A DNA stretch of 64,000 nt from Lama glama (Eukaryota). The stretch spans positions 92,630,001-92,694,000 of the forward strand of contig CM052816.1 of NCBI GenBank assembly GCA_028534125.1, given 5' to 3'. Positions within the stretch are counted from its first letter, which is position 1; every line of letters starts with the position of its first letter. Shown in pieces: positions 11,632 to 24,509 of the stretch. The notes under the pieces were generated by a model, which saw only the letters and a list, made by a program, of their open reading frames with translations, was not told the DNA's origin and did no database searches. Both the position numbers and the translations under genes were made by a program.

Positions 11632-12963
11632 CTAAAATGAAAGATTTAAAAATAAGATGATTTCACTGAACATGTTTGAGTCAAATGATGGCTTACTGAT
11701 TGGCGGTCATAAAGGATAAAACAGACCTGTGCCTGTCTTGTAAACCAATTCTTTATTTAAGAACAAAAACCCTTTGTGAAATGTATTCTCAACTGGCACT
11801 TGAAATATAGTTACATTCATTGCCATGATTTTCTCGCCCTGAACTGTTTAATATTCACAGGTCAAAACTCTTCTAAGGACCTGGAAAGATTAAGTAAATG
11901 TAAATGGTTTGATAAAACTATTTTGTCAGCTTGTAAATATTAAATATTTGTCCAGAAGCATGTTTCCTTTGCTGTCAGTATTTATCTGATATAAACAGAT
12001 TTTCTTTTCTTTTTAGATTATTTACATAATTTGTTAAATAAGGATTTAACAATATACTTTTCACAAATTGATTTTTAACATCAGTTGATTAACTAGGTTG
12101 CCAAAATGTGGTTTAAAATTTCTCTATAACTCAAAATGGGATTCAGTCTGTATAAGAACCTCTGAAGTTTCCAAGTTACTTATTTCATTGTTAGTAATGA
12201 ACTGCAGACAGAACAAGCATGTTCAATCTATTATGTTATAGAAGTAACTGTAATAGCCATTACTTTTAATGGAATGTACACCTAGAAAGTACTGCTCTGT
12301 ACATATCAGCAAAGCTGAAAGAATAAGTGATAAAGATTATTACAAAAATAGCTTTTTGATGAGTTGAGTTTATTAGTATGATTATGCCCTGAACTTAATG
12401 GTAGGATAAGCCTAGAGATGACCCTCGATTTAGTATGAAAGGCAGAAGTTTTGCTATAGCTACAAAGTGCACAGCAACTTCTGGTCAATGCAAGTGGTGA
12501 CACATTCGTTCTGTGAAAACTACAAGCAAATGGCCTGGGGTAGTAGCCACAGACCAAGCTCTGAACCAGGTGGATGCAGAAGTTGCTACAATGACGGTTC
12601 AACCAATGATGTTCTCATTTCCGTGGTGGTACCCACTCTTGAAAATAATTAAAGGCAAGATTTCCATATAATAAATTCAATGGTTGGAGACAGTATTTAC
12701 AAACTGAATTATAAAAAAGAGACTATGTCAAGATGTACCATGCCAAGAAAAAAAAGGCCCCTCAAAGTGAAGACAGATTGTTGAGGTAACTGGCTAAATT
12801 GATTTTTCAGAAATATTTTGTTGGTTGTTGTTACTGCGTTTTGTTTTCGTCGAAAATGTTTTTGAAGCTTTTGAGACGGTATTAGCATTCAATTCTCCAG
12901 CATGATACCCCTATGACAACTCTCAGGGCTGATATAGGTTATTAAATCTCTGAAAACACATAC

Positions 12964-13030
12964 CTCAACCACATAGCCGAGGTCCCGCACATAGTCACGC
13001 TCTGTCTCCACTAATTCTTGCAAAACGTAG
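12964..13030 (-). CDS. TRIO: TRIO exon (~39), start of DH2: (H)[22 protein letters not shown]
   Basis: Poly-T tract with cccag|C acceptor, GAG|gtatgt donor; 67 nt, phase 2 to 0; DH conserved region 1 motif [10 protein letters not shown]. Confidence 0.97.
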
Positions 13031-14103
13031 CTGGGAAAAAAAAAAAGAGAAAAAGCAGTGTTTACAATCCATGCTAAGAAATTTTCTAAAAGAATTATTT
13101 TGCTCTTTTGTTCTTATCAGATGAGATTTCTGCAGGGATGGTGTAGTAACCTATCAAACTTGCACAACTGGGTCTCCAATTCCTGTGTGTCCCGAGTCAC
13201 TCACAGGTTCACATGGGTGACCCATGGGAGCTGCTGAAGTCACGAGACATCTTGCATCCAGGGTGAATTCACATGACTGGACTCAGCACGTGTGTGATGA
13301 CCAAGAGAAGTTTAGATGTAACTTTGTTATAAAGGCACGATGTTAAAGGAAGCAAGTTTCTTGCTTCTTTGTGTTTTAATGATTCAATTCAAAGGTTCAT
13401 TGGACATACAAAAAAAAAAAGGTAACCCAGATGTCTAAAGCCTTGGATCTGATCACATCATTTAGAAGTTTCTTTTTGCAAGGTTCAGTAACTGTTTGCG
13501 GCCACACAGGTAATATAAGACAATTACTTGATCAGGTACAGCAAACCACCTCAATTGGCCTATAAAGGTTTGTTCATTCAGTCAGCACTGATGAGGCTCA
13601 CCTATGTGCACAACATCGTACAGCCCTCAATAAAACCAGGTCTCTTCTCCAAATGCAATTTTAAACCTTTTGTAATAGCTTTGAGGGCTTTTTTTTCACT
13701 ATAAGCTGCTTTACAGAACTAAAAAATTCTACCACTAAGGTATGTTTGAAAAGTATTCAAGTTTGGGGGACTGTATTTAATTTTACGTTGCTTTCTTTTT
13801 CTTCACAACTACGTATACAATAGAATGTATAGTGGTTTCTTACCAGAAGTGACAGAAGATATTCTTGTGTCATTCTGACTTATGAATACAGTAAAATACA
13901 CAAATGAAACACGAGAAACTGCAGCTAGGGCTTACTGTGCCTCCCCGAGGGTCTGAGCACCCTGCGACCACTTGCACAATCCCTCAGCGAGAGACCCCAG
14001 GTCTCTTCCTCGTGCTGACTCAGACATGCACCCCAGTCACAGCTTTGAAGATGACAGACAGGAGGAAGCCGCCAAACAACGACAACAAAAACGCCTGTCT
14101 TAC

Positions 14104-14252
14104 TGCCTTCTCTTTAAAGAACTCGATTTCCTTTCTTCCATCTCGTCGATGGGCGAGGAGGAGGAGAGAAGGGAATTGTCAGAAGGGTTGAAGGAGGGGC
14201 TGCTACTGTCTCCCTGGTCGACAAGGAGGGAGCTGGGTCGATCCTCCAGCGC
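14104..14252 (-). CDS. TRIO: TRIO exon (~38): [10 protein letters not shown]...SSSLKRR(H)
   Basis: ttccag|GCG acceptor, CA|gtaaga donor; 149 nt, phase 0 to 2. Confidence 0.96.
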
Positions 14253-15988
14253 CTGGAAGAAACCAGATCACCAGTCACACTTCCTGCCCACACGGTCCAT
14301 GAGGCTGAAATTAGGGCAAGAAAATCTCATACATCAGAAAATACAGGGGGCCTGCCTGTGACATTACAGAATCCATGTTTGTAAAATCACACAGTATTTA
14401 ACAACAAAACCCCGAGCATTAATTTAAAAACCGAGTAAGAGGAGATGGACAAAAGAGGAAAGTTAAGATGAAAAGGACAGTGATTTGTATGTTAACAGAT
14501 TCTGTTCCTGGTTATCAAATAATTAGAAACAGTACAAACTGGCTTACATCACAGCCCCAGACCCATTTCAGATCTAGCCATTTTCTTGTCAGGTACACTC
14601 CCGCCACGTGAGATCATGGCCATTTCAGAAGCTGTGGAGTCGCCTGGATCGGGTGGGCTTCCCCCAGCACACTGCCCACATCACTTGTCGGTAGGCTACG
14701 TAGCAATATCAGCAGCCTATATTTTAATTCAAGCAAATTATTCGTTTCTTAGTTATTCATGAAGCCTCGACATCCTTTAGTACACACAGATCACCCAGCT
14801 AAAATTAATCTCTCTGTGACACTCACACATCCTTCTTCTGTAGGAAGTAGTTGTCATGCTGGCCTCACTTATCCAAAACTCTCTCTCTCCCCTGGATTGT
14901 AGTTTCTGCAGGCGACTGTTTTCATTGTTAGAGCCTCTGCAGAACCTCAAGCAAATCTTCTTAGCTGACTACTGATGACTTTTCTCCCTGGATTAGTGTG
15001 ACAATGATCCGTGTGACTGATTACTTTCTAATTGGTACATATTAATTAATTTCCTTTCTTAACCTGAATTTACAAAGCTCCTAGGGGTACAGGTAATAGT
15101 ACTTTTAAAATTTCCAAAGCACCCCAGCTGGACATACAGAGGTGATCAAGAAGTATTTCAACATCTGAACCATCTTTATTTATCTTTAAATAAAAAGCCC
15201 AATAAAAGCTACAAGAACACTTATTATTTCCCATCAAATTAAAACCTCTTAATACTTGTCCCGTTTCCCCCCTTAAGAGTAACAGGCTGAAGCGGACGTC
15301 ATCACTAAGCACAGCTTTGGGGACCCAAGTCCATCCATGCAGTGTACATTTTGAAAGAAGGAACTTTTTGGTTTTATTTCTTATTTTACTATTTTTGTTT
15401 TCCAACTCTTTAATTTCTGCTTTTATCTCTATGAATTCATTCCTTTCACTTTTTAAAAAAATTTTGTTTTTCTTCTAATACGTTGAGTTAGATGTTTATT
15501 TTGTTTATTTTCATTCTTTCTTATATCTCCCTTCGTATTGAGGCCAACAAAGAGGAGCAAGCCCCAAAGTCAAATCAAACGGTCACCGTGGCCGCCAGCT
15601 GCTCCTGCCCCGCGGCTGGTGCTCAGAAAAGCCAGTGCCTTTCAACACTGATCAGGAATGTGTGGGCAGAGAGAGGAGCAAGTCCCAGGAAAAGGACTGC
15701 AGGGTGGTTTTTCCTCTTCAGGTAGAATCCTCAGGGTTCAGGGTGAGGAGACTCAGTTCCTGGGACACTGACTGCACAATAGTAGAACCCTCGCCTCTCT
15801 CCTCCCCAGTGCAACAGGGTCAAATCCGATTATGAAGGTGTGACAGCCTAAGAGCTGGCCCACAGGAAAGCAAGCAGGATGACTGAGGGTCCACAGCACA
15901 CGGTGAGACGTGTGGGAGTCACTCAGTCACAGGGAGCAGGACAGGGAAGAGGGTGTTAACATGATTCACATGATTCCCAACAGTCCCA

Positions 15989-16061
15989 ACATATTATATG
16001 ACCATTAAAATCATTTTTATCATTAGTAGATAAAAATGATTTTAATGGTCATATAATATGT
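15989..16061. repeat. Perfect inverted repeat, 33-bp arms with a 7-nt loop
   Basis: acatattatatgaccattaaaatcatttttatc-attagta-gataaaaatgattttaatggtcatataatatgt; arms are exact reverse complements. Confidence 0.97.
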
Positions 16062-16471
16062 GCAAATGGTTGTTTCTAAAATGTTTAAGAATGCTTAAAA
16101 AAATCACTAGGTATAATTTAAGTGTCTTTTTAGACCATTAATCAACTTGTCTCTCAAAGAGACAGCCAGGATGTGGTTTAGCTAAGTGCATACTGACATG
16201 ATCACAAATTTTTGACCAGTAGAATCAAGTTCTTGGTTTATCTACCAAGTCCTAGCAGCCTTTCAGTCTAACATCCTGTCTAACCTGGGAGTCCACTGCA
16301 TCCTTCTCAGACCACAGCACACACTACCACCTGGAGGGCATTCTAGCTACAGCACAGCAATAACTGTCTGAATTTTAGGTACAGTTTCCCCTTGACCTAG
16401 TCAACCAGCCTCATTAGAGGTACCCAGTTACTACTGGCGAAGGAAGATACACTCCTAACTTTAAGGAAGTA

Positions 16472-16663
16472 CCGCTAACCCCCGAACGATGCTGGGGTTG
16501 GGATGCAGACCCTCTGCATACATGGTTCCTCTGTATCTATGGTTCTGCGTCAGCAGGTTCAACCAGCTGCAGGTTGTGCCGTGCCATAGTATCTGCTATT
16601 GGAAAACACCTGCGTGTAAGTGGACCCGTGAAATTCAAACCCATGTTGTTGAAGGGTCAATAG
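16472..16663. mobile_element. Tigger2-family MITE
   Basis: Decayed TIRs, end gtaagtggacccgtgaaattcaaacccatgttgttgaagggtcaa, flanked by TA on both sides. Confidence 0.75.
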
Positions 16664-16911
16664 TAAACCCTTTGATCTAGCAATTCCAATGCTGGAAACT
16701 TACCTACAGATATAATCACAGACATAACAAATGTGTGCTTATAACAGTGAAAATTGAGAAATATATATATATAGGAATTTATTTAAATAAATTATAGTAC
16801 AATGGTATTTTTATTGCTGCATCTGCGTAATGTGCCCGACCCTGGGCACACCTCCAGACAAGACTGGAGCCGACTACACGGGCTAGGATGCTGCCAGCAC
16901 TGCGGACGATA

Positions 16912-17435
16912 CAGGTGCGAGAAAGGGCTGACCTTGGCCCCTGGAATGTCCTGCTTGATGATGTCTCTGTTTAGCTGGGGGTCTTAGGCTAAGACAGTCT
17001 ATGCTAACAATGTGACTTTTGATGGGGGCTCTGGGCCACGTGCAATTTTGATCTCTGGAGAGGCACAGGACAGGGCTGAGCCATATAAGTGTCACTCTTG
17101 TGTATGTGACTGAGCCCAGATAAAAACTCTGAGCACTGAGGCTCGGAGGAGCATCTCTGGTCTGCAATGTTCTGCACGTGTCGTCAGCACTGTTCACGGG
17201 ACTTTACCAGAAGAGGACAAGGGCAGCCCGAATCTGGACTCTCCTGTACCTGCCCCTGCACCTCCTCCCTGGCTGATTTTCAGCTGCATCCTTTCACAGT
17301 CACGAACCGCCACTGTGGCTTCTCTAAGTTCTGTGAGCCGTTCAGGCCACTTACTGAACCTGAGACTGGTCCTGGGGATCTTTAAACCTGTGGTTGGTCA
17401 GAAGCGAGGGTGGGCTTGGGGGCTCCGGACTCCAC
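16912..17435 (+). mobile_element. MER21-like solo LTR
   Basis: cccctggaatgtcctgcttgat, gtgactgagcccagataaaaactctgagcactgaggctc, ttggtcagaagcgagggtgg. Confidence 0.65.
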
Positions 17436-17534
17436 CCTGCAGACAAGAGCCACCCGTGGACAAGGGAAGGCCCACCTGCAGGCGGCACCTGGGGCACCTT
17501 CCAGCCCTCGGACCGGGCCTCTGGGCAGCCTTAC

Positions 17535-17630
17535 CATCTTGCTTTTCACGAGCTCCTCGATCGCACTGACGAGCTCGGCTGCGCTCGGCGTTTCGGAGCT
17601 GGTGGGGCGGACCAACAACCGGGAGGAGGC
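17535..17630 (-). CDS. TRIO: TRIO exon (~37): [32 protein letters not shown]
   Basis: ccgcag|GCC acceptor, ATG|gtaagg donor; 96 nt. Confidence 0.97.
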
Positions 17631-18588
17631 CTGCGGAGGAAGGTCAGAGAGACGGGGAGGGGAATGCCCATGTTAGTCATCGGACAGACAGAAATTTCTC
17701 CTGCAAGCTTATTCTCTTCTAAAAAGTAATTCCAGACAAAACGACCACAAGTTTGTCTTTGTTTGCATTTATTTAAAGCCATCTTTTAAAATTTACAATA
17801 CTCTGACATGAAATATTAAATAAGACCTGTCTGGGACACATGTGGAAAGCAGACAAAGTCTGTTTTTAATCTGCAGTCATGTACCATCAGAACGTTTTTC
17901 AAAGAGGCACGGGAAAATTCTAACTTTTGCCACTGCTGGCTGGGCTACTGGCTAAGGAGGGAAAAAATGGAGAATCTGATCAACGGAAGAGAGAAAGGCC
18001 TGCAGGTGAATGAGTGAACCCTTTAAATAATTGGGAAACAAAATAGGATACTAAAAATGGCTTTACTGCATGGACGGGGCTAAAAGAAAGCAACAGGAAA
18101 AGGAAAGGAACCTGGAGCACTGACCAGACAGGGAAGAGGGGGACAAGCTCACCATTTTCTGTGCCATCCATTTCCCCAATGATTAGTGCAGAGGACAGGA
18201 GATCTGTGGCCTCACAAGCTATCAGATGCCATTTACGGCCAGAGCCAGGGTGTACAGGGGTGGACAGGTAAGGGATCTGGGGAGGGGCTACTGAGTTCAA
18301 GTTTCAGTAATTAGCAAACACAGCGTGTTTGCGGATTACTTGCACCGTTAATTTACTGGAAACTAGAAGGGAGGTAATATGAACCTTGCTTCATATTAAG
18401 GACAGCAGAGACGCATGCGACACACGGCTAGCCGTCCTAACGATGCATGTCTCACAGCAGACAGGTACGGATTATACGCTTACAACAAGGCTTTTACAAT
18501 GTGGATCCAGATATGCACTTGGCAAAACAAATGTTGGCTTGGTCTAATGGAATCTGGACTATGAGGTGAAGAGAACAAGGAAAAAAAT

Positions 18589-18648
18589 TCAAATGGAGAG
18601 GTAAGGAAACTGAGCCAAAACAGACACAGAACACAAATCAACATAATG
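18589..18648 (-). CDS. TRIO: Alternative terminal coding exon, Trio8/Solo-type: HYVDLCSVSVLAQFPYLSI-stop
   Basis: Long pyrimidine tract then ctgcag|CAT; phase 0 matches the DDK donor at 20225; the peptide matches my recollection of the rodent Trio8/Solo C-terminus. Confidence 0.85.
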   Translation of the reverse strand, partial: HYVDLCSVSVLAQFPYLSI

Positions 18649-20224
18649 CTGCAGTGAAAGTTTACAAAAAGAGAAAACAGAACAAAACAGAATATTAGTC
18701 ACAAGATAATAGTCCCTGGGAACATCACTACAGATTCTTGTAAAAGAAGAATTTCTATTGATAATACCCAATGCGGTAACATAACAGCCAATAAATGATT
18801 TTAGCAAAAAGAAGAATATTGTGCAATCCACTTTTACATGGAGAAAAACACTCTCTTATGTGGTGAATCAGTCAACCAGGCCTGGCTCCTCACTTTTTGG
18901 CCAACCATCCAGATTTAGGCAATTTCTGTCTTCTGCCTTTAAAAAGGTATAGCTTAGAATGAATGCTAGAAAGTAACTGAGGAGTGCTCAGAGCCCCACT
19001 CCCTGGTGGGTCTGCTCTGGGCAGCAGGGGGTGAGCTCCTCTCTCATCCCAGGCCCTTCTGCCCCCCACAGCACGGGGTCTGCACCTGAGATGCCCCCCA
19101 AACTCCAGGCTCGAACCCAGGTTCCCTCCTTCTGCCAAGACCCACGGCACCCTCACTGTACACGAGGCCACTGGAGGAGAAGGAAGCAGCTCCTACAGGG
19201 AAGGGGCCTTGGGCTAAGACTAACGCAGGGTCCGCCTGGGCCCTGCTGCTGTCAATCACTGGGTGGGGGCCGACCCCAGCTCATGACATACGGGCCATCC
19301 AGCCAGTGACTGTGTTAGTGCAGAGGAGGGAGCCAGGGAAGGAGAAAGGGGAAGAAGGGGGAAACTGATTAAAACATCTGTTTCATTCACAAAATGTAGT
19401 TACTGCCAAAAAAAAAAAAATCACCAGTGATTACTTTATAGTGCAGTTTTCAACACCTGCCAGTTTGGAGAGGCAGAGTGTGCCAGAACGTGAGAGGATG
19501 TGCAGGGCACAGGTATCAGGTTTCCTCTCTGGCATTTTAGGGATCTACCACTGGGATGGGCAAAACAATCTGAGATTCTGTAAGAACTCCAAAAAAGGAA
19601 AAAAAAAAAAACCCCCAAAAACAGAAAACAGAAAACAAGATTTACTTGGCTCGAAGCCTCCTCACACATCCAAAGAGTAGATTCATGGCTCTGAACTGAT
19701 TCCTGCACTCTGACAACTAGCCCCACAGTCCAGTTTGATCCAGATGTTTGCCATGTTGGAAAAAGGAACTGGACAGCAATGCATCTCATCTGAAAACAAG
19801 ACCTATATGCAAAGACACCTAACAGAGAGACCCAGACAGGCTCATGTGCATTTAGGCCATAACCACGCAGGCGGCGTGTGAGTTCTCTGACTGGCCTCTC
19901 AGGGACCCTCGTCAGCACGGCGACAAAAATTAAAATGACTTTAAAAGTAGCAATTACTAGAGCATCCATTAAAAAGTGCACTGCATGGATTTATATAAGC
20001 ACCTGTGTATGAGAGACTGGGCATATTCCTACAGCTTAGGAAGTGGCTTTTGTTATCCATACTTTTAGAGGGAAAACAGGCAGAATTCTGCCTGGAAAAT
20101 CAGCATGTCTTCCAGGTACCTTTTCCCAGCCCCGGGATGTTCTCTATGTCCTGCAGTGAGGCTGGGGCACACCAGCAATCATGAGGCCCCCTCTCCTCGC
20201 TCAGGGCAGCCTAGGGCCCCTTAC

Positions 20225-20395
20225 CTTGTCGTCCTGTGAGTCCGGCTGGAGCAGGCTGTGCTGCTGGATGGCCATGGGTGGGGGCAGAGGCACGGCGTCC
20301 GCCCCCTCCTCCCCTTCCTCCTCTCCGCAGCTCTGCATGCCTGAGGACGAGGACTTGGAGAGCGTGCCGCTGCTCAGGCCCTCATTCCGGCCTCT
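20225..20395 (-). CDS. TRIO: TRIO exon (~36): [10 protein letters not shown]...PDSQDDK
   Basis: tttcag|AGA acceptor, AAG|gtaagg donor; 171 nt, phase 0 to 0. Confidence 0.97.
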
Positions 20396-21832
20396 CTGAA
20401 ACCAGACCAACATTCGCCCGTTAGAACCCAGGCCCTGGCTGTCACGGTCAGCTCACAGAAACCGAGCCCCCAGGGTTAACTGGAAAAAGCACAGTCGGGA
20501 CTGAAACTGAGATGCAGGAATCAGGCCCAAGCTCCTTCCAGCCCGATGGGAACATTCATCCCCTCCTGCAGTCTAACTCCCTTGCTGGCCAACTTGGAAG
20601 AGGAAAGGGCCGCTGGGAGTGTCTTTGGAAGGGCCTACCAACATTAACCGTCAGGCTCTGAACATATCTCACCTTTAAGAAGCCAATTAAAAAAAGTTCA
20701 AAAATTTGGACCATACCCCTCAGTTCCTCCAGTCTTCTATCATTTCACTTTTGGTACTTTGCACGAATAAAATTCACTGAAATCATGCGGGCATAAAGAA
20801 AAACACAATTCAAGATGCATTTTAAGAATCTGAATTATCACATTAATTTTCCTCTATTTTTACTTCTAGGAAAAAAATGTCAGTTTTATTTCTACTAAGA
20901 GGACATGGTATAGAAAACAGATGAGGATGTAAACGAACCATACACTCCAGTGAAAACCCACAGCAAAAGCAGGCCCAGGAAAAAAGCAGCAGAAACCCCA
21001 CATCTGCAAAATAAATCACATGATACAAATCTTGTCCTCTCTCTCTCTCTCTGTCTCTGCCTTTTTCTTTTTGAGTCTGTGAGGGAACTGGAGGGTAGCG
21101 GAGGTTCAAGCTAAAAACACTGAGGGCCCCTCACTGACACCACATTGCTGAAGGCCCATCTTGGGGATCAGGAGGGAACTGAAGCCCCCCACCCCCCCAA
21201 AAAGGAAATTAAAAATAATTCCTGGTTGACTATGTACACTATTTTTTTTCACATTTTTATCTTTGATGACGTGGGAGTAATCGGTGTTTATTACTAGGTT
21301 AGCAAAGTAAATTAACTGGGTTTTTTTTCTACTCAAGATAAATATAAGTATGAATATGGGGGCAGGCGTGGTGGTAGAAATAACTAAATGATGCACACAT
21401 TCCTGCAGGCCCCTCAAGTCTAAAACTGGAGCTTTCCCTGCAAAACGCTGCCACTGTGGCTGAGCGTTAACCTCAGGGACCGCTGAAATCTTCTGCAACA
21501 TGGGCGGCAACCTGGGCTTTGCCTGTGATTGGAGGGAGGAGGGGGCCGAGGCAGTAGGGCACCCCCTTCCTCATGGAGCAGGCAGGGGTGCCCATGCCTT
21601 GGGAGGGGGCTCTCGGTCCCCTGATCCCTTGATCAGAAGCCACACGTAGGCCCCTTAACCCTAGCAGGCGGCTAAAGGACCTCAGCTGGGCTCTGACATG
21701 GGTCCTCCCTGGGAACACATGGAAAACCACCGAGTGAGTGCATTCACGGGACCAGCAGCTGTTCCCGCAGCTCTGGGAGGAGGTGCCGGAGGCCCTGTGG
21801 GGCCTGGGCGGCTGTGCGTGCGGGGCCCTCAC

Positions 21833-22125
21833 CTCTTCGACAGTCTCGTCCTGCGGGGTGGCCGCGCTGTCGTCCGAGTCCTTCTGCGAGCCGGCGTCGG
21901 CGCTCTTGCGCACCTCCCTGCTCTTCTTGTGCTTGTGCGCCAGCTTCTTCACGTGCCCGTCGGCCTTGCCGCTGCTCAGCCGCCGCACCGGGCTGGTCAG
22001 CCACTTGCGCAGCGTGTTGCCCGGGCGCTTGGGGCCCGGGGAGCTCTGCGCCCCCATCATGTGGGGCTGGAGGGAGGCCACAGAGGCGGGCGGGCTGGCA
22101 TCGTTGCTGGAGACAGACAGCGAGT
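21833..22125 (-). CDS. TRIO: TRIO exon (~35): (D)[12 protein letters not shown]...[14 protein letters not shown]...DETVEE
   Basis: Pyrimidine tract with atcag|AC acceptor, GAG|gtgagg donor; 293 nt, phase 1 to 0. Confidence 0.97.
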
Positions 22126-22656
22126 CTGATGGGGTGAGAGAGGGAGAGAGAGAGAGACAGGCGAGCATGACTGACGGCCCCCAAAGCCTCCCGAGGTCCC
22201 GGCTGGTGCCGTTGTGCCTACGAGTTTCAGCACCACCCAACTGACACCAAGGTCAGTGGCCGGCCGGCCAGGAGCTGCGCCTGCTGGTGCTACCCTGGGG
22301 AGCAGGGGTGGGATGTGTCGGGGGCGGTCCAACCCGCGAGCTCACCCGTCCAATGTTTCCCAACTTGAGTTCTGCCAGAGATGATTTTTCTCCAGATGTC
22401 CTGCCCCCTCCAAAAAAACCCCAAGTCACCAATTCTGAAGACCAGCATCATTATCACAAAGACTCAAAACGTCACCATCACAGATACGGGAGGACTGAAA
22501 GTTTAAATTATTTTTACCTGTTTTCTTGGTGGACAAAACCCAAGAAAGAATGGCTTAAAGAAGAATTCAAAGGAAATGAAAACTAATCCTGTTGGATAAA
22601 TGTGTTAGTCTGACTCACTCCCAGCGAATACAAGTACCACTCAATAAACATACATA

Positions 22657-23243
22657 CAGGCAGACCTTGGAGATATTGTGGATTCGGTTCCAGATCATCG
22701 CTATAAAGTGAGTATCACAAAAAAGTGAGTCACAAGAATTTTTTTGGTTTCCCAGAGCACATAAAAGTTATGTTTCCACTATACTGTAGTCTATTAAGTG
22801 TGCAACAGCATTGTCTAAAAAAAAACAATGCAGACATCTTAATTAAAAAATACTTTATTGCTGAAAATGATAACCATCATCTGACCCTTAAGCAAATTGT
22901 AATCTTTTTGCTGGTGGAGGGTTTGAAATATTGTAAGAATCATCAAAATGTGACCCAGAGATACAAAGTGAGCAAATGCTGTTGGAAAAATGGTGCCAAC
23001 AGAGGCAGTTGTCACAAACCTTCACTTAGTTAAAAATGCAGTCTCTAAAGACATGAATATAAATCATCCAACAAAAATGTGGAGAGGGAGAAAAGAGCCA
23101 GGGAACGGGCTCTCAGGATGACCAGCAAAAGAGGGCAGGCAGAGGGTCAGAGGCCTTGGAGGAGATGGAGAATAGAGGTCCACATGAGAAGGCCAGGTGG
23201 GGGAAGCCACGGGAAGTGCAAAAAATAAAGCGAGGTCTGCCTG
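22657..23243 (-). mobile_element. Tigger1-family internally deleted DNA transposon
   Basis: TIRs caggcagaccttg ... cgaggtctgcctg; internal gagatattgtggattcggttccaga and tatactgtagtctattaagtgtgcaa. Confidence 0.8.
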
Positions 23244-24509
23244 CACCTATGTATACGGGTGTGCATGTATATGTCAGCTGTGATCTGGTCAGGCACTGTG
23301 ACAAACAGCACTCTTCTAGAAAGTTCTGTGCCAGGGCAAGGCCAGCGGCTGTGAAAGGGCAGAGCTGGCTGGTTCACAGGGAGAGCTGGCCCTGGGCATT
23401 CTCTGGAACCACACAGGCGTGTGGTGTCCTTGCTCTCAGCCTCAGCAAAGTTACTGCACATGTTGGAGTAAATGCCGGCAACAATGAACAAAACAACAAC
23501 ATGTTTTTAAAAGAAATGTGATGAAATAACCAAAACGTTATCTGAAAATACATTCAAATGAATCTTCTCACTGGATCTCAAAAATTAAACACAGTCAACA
23601 CCGAGTTGACAATTTTTCAGGAGAAAAAAGGAGCTATAAAGAAACTTAGGTAACAGCTGACACTCAACAAACCCACGGAGTTCTGCGAGGCGTCACTCTA
23701 CACACGGAAAACCGCTGACCCCAGGACACTGCAGGGCCCTTTCCCGGACACCGGGCCCTAGGAGGGCCCCAGCGCGGTGAAGGGGAATAAAACGCCACAC
23801 GATGAGAAATGGAACGAAGAAGGTCATTCACTAGCTTGTTAGCTTCTTAAATCTTTTGAAGTCTTAAAAATAAAATCATCTTTAAAAAACTGAGTTCACA
23901 CAGACAACTGTATTAGCTGTATTCACCTCTGTGGCACTGGAGAGCATTATGTGCTGCGGTTAAAAGGCAAGGGAGTTAAGTCCTCCCAATCCTGTGATTA
24001 TATGTACCAGAGGCAACACTCGTTTCCCACAGATGCTCCAGACGCAGGGGCTAGACAGTGGAGAGCCGTCTGCCTGCCGGCCTGTTCCTTCCTTGCCCCA
24101 GCTCGCGTGGCGAGAGGGTATAATCTCCCATAAACAGATGACGCATTTCAAGCAGGATCACTCATTCTTAAAAATCTAGATCTTCTCAGAGGCAGACTTT
24201 GGCTCAAAACTAGTCAATGCACCATTCTGTTTAAGAGTAAAAACCTTTTCCCCTTCGTACATGCGCATATATTTTTATTTAGTTTTATAGACGAATTACT
24301 AAAATGTCCCCACATCAGCCTCATTTTCCTCAGGTACCATCTGGACGAGGGAGGAGAAACCATTAACAACACGCATTGCAGGAAGAGCCTCAGAGGGACC
24401 TTCTCGGGTGCCGAATGAGGATAAGAGGTGAGCGAGGCAGACGTGGTCCCTCCCCTGGGAACAGGAAGAACAAAAGGAAGAGGAGAGTTGGAACAATCCA
24501 CATGCCAGA

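Noticed and set aside
17631..20224. Intronic C/D snoRNA (I recall one annotated in a human TRIO intron)
   Set aside because: I found no canonical RTGATGA...CTGA pair with a terminal stem on the minus strand; an Infernal/Rfam search would be needed.
21698..22244. Several overlapping 100-170 aa ORFs on both strands
   Set aside because: Shadow frames of the GC-rich TRIO exon 35; no independent start or splice support.
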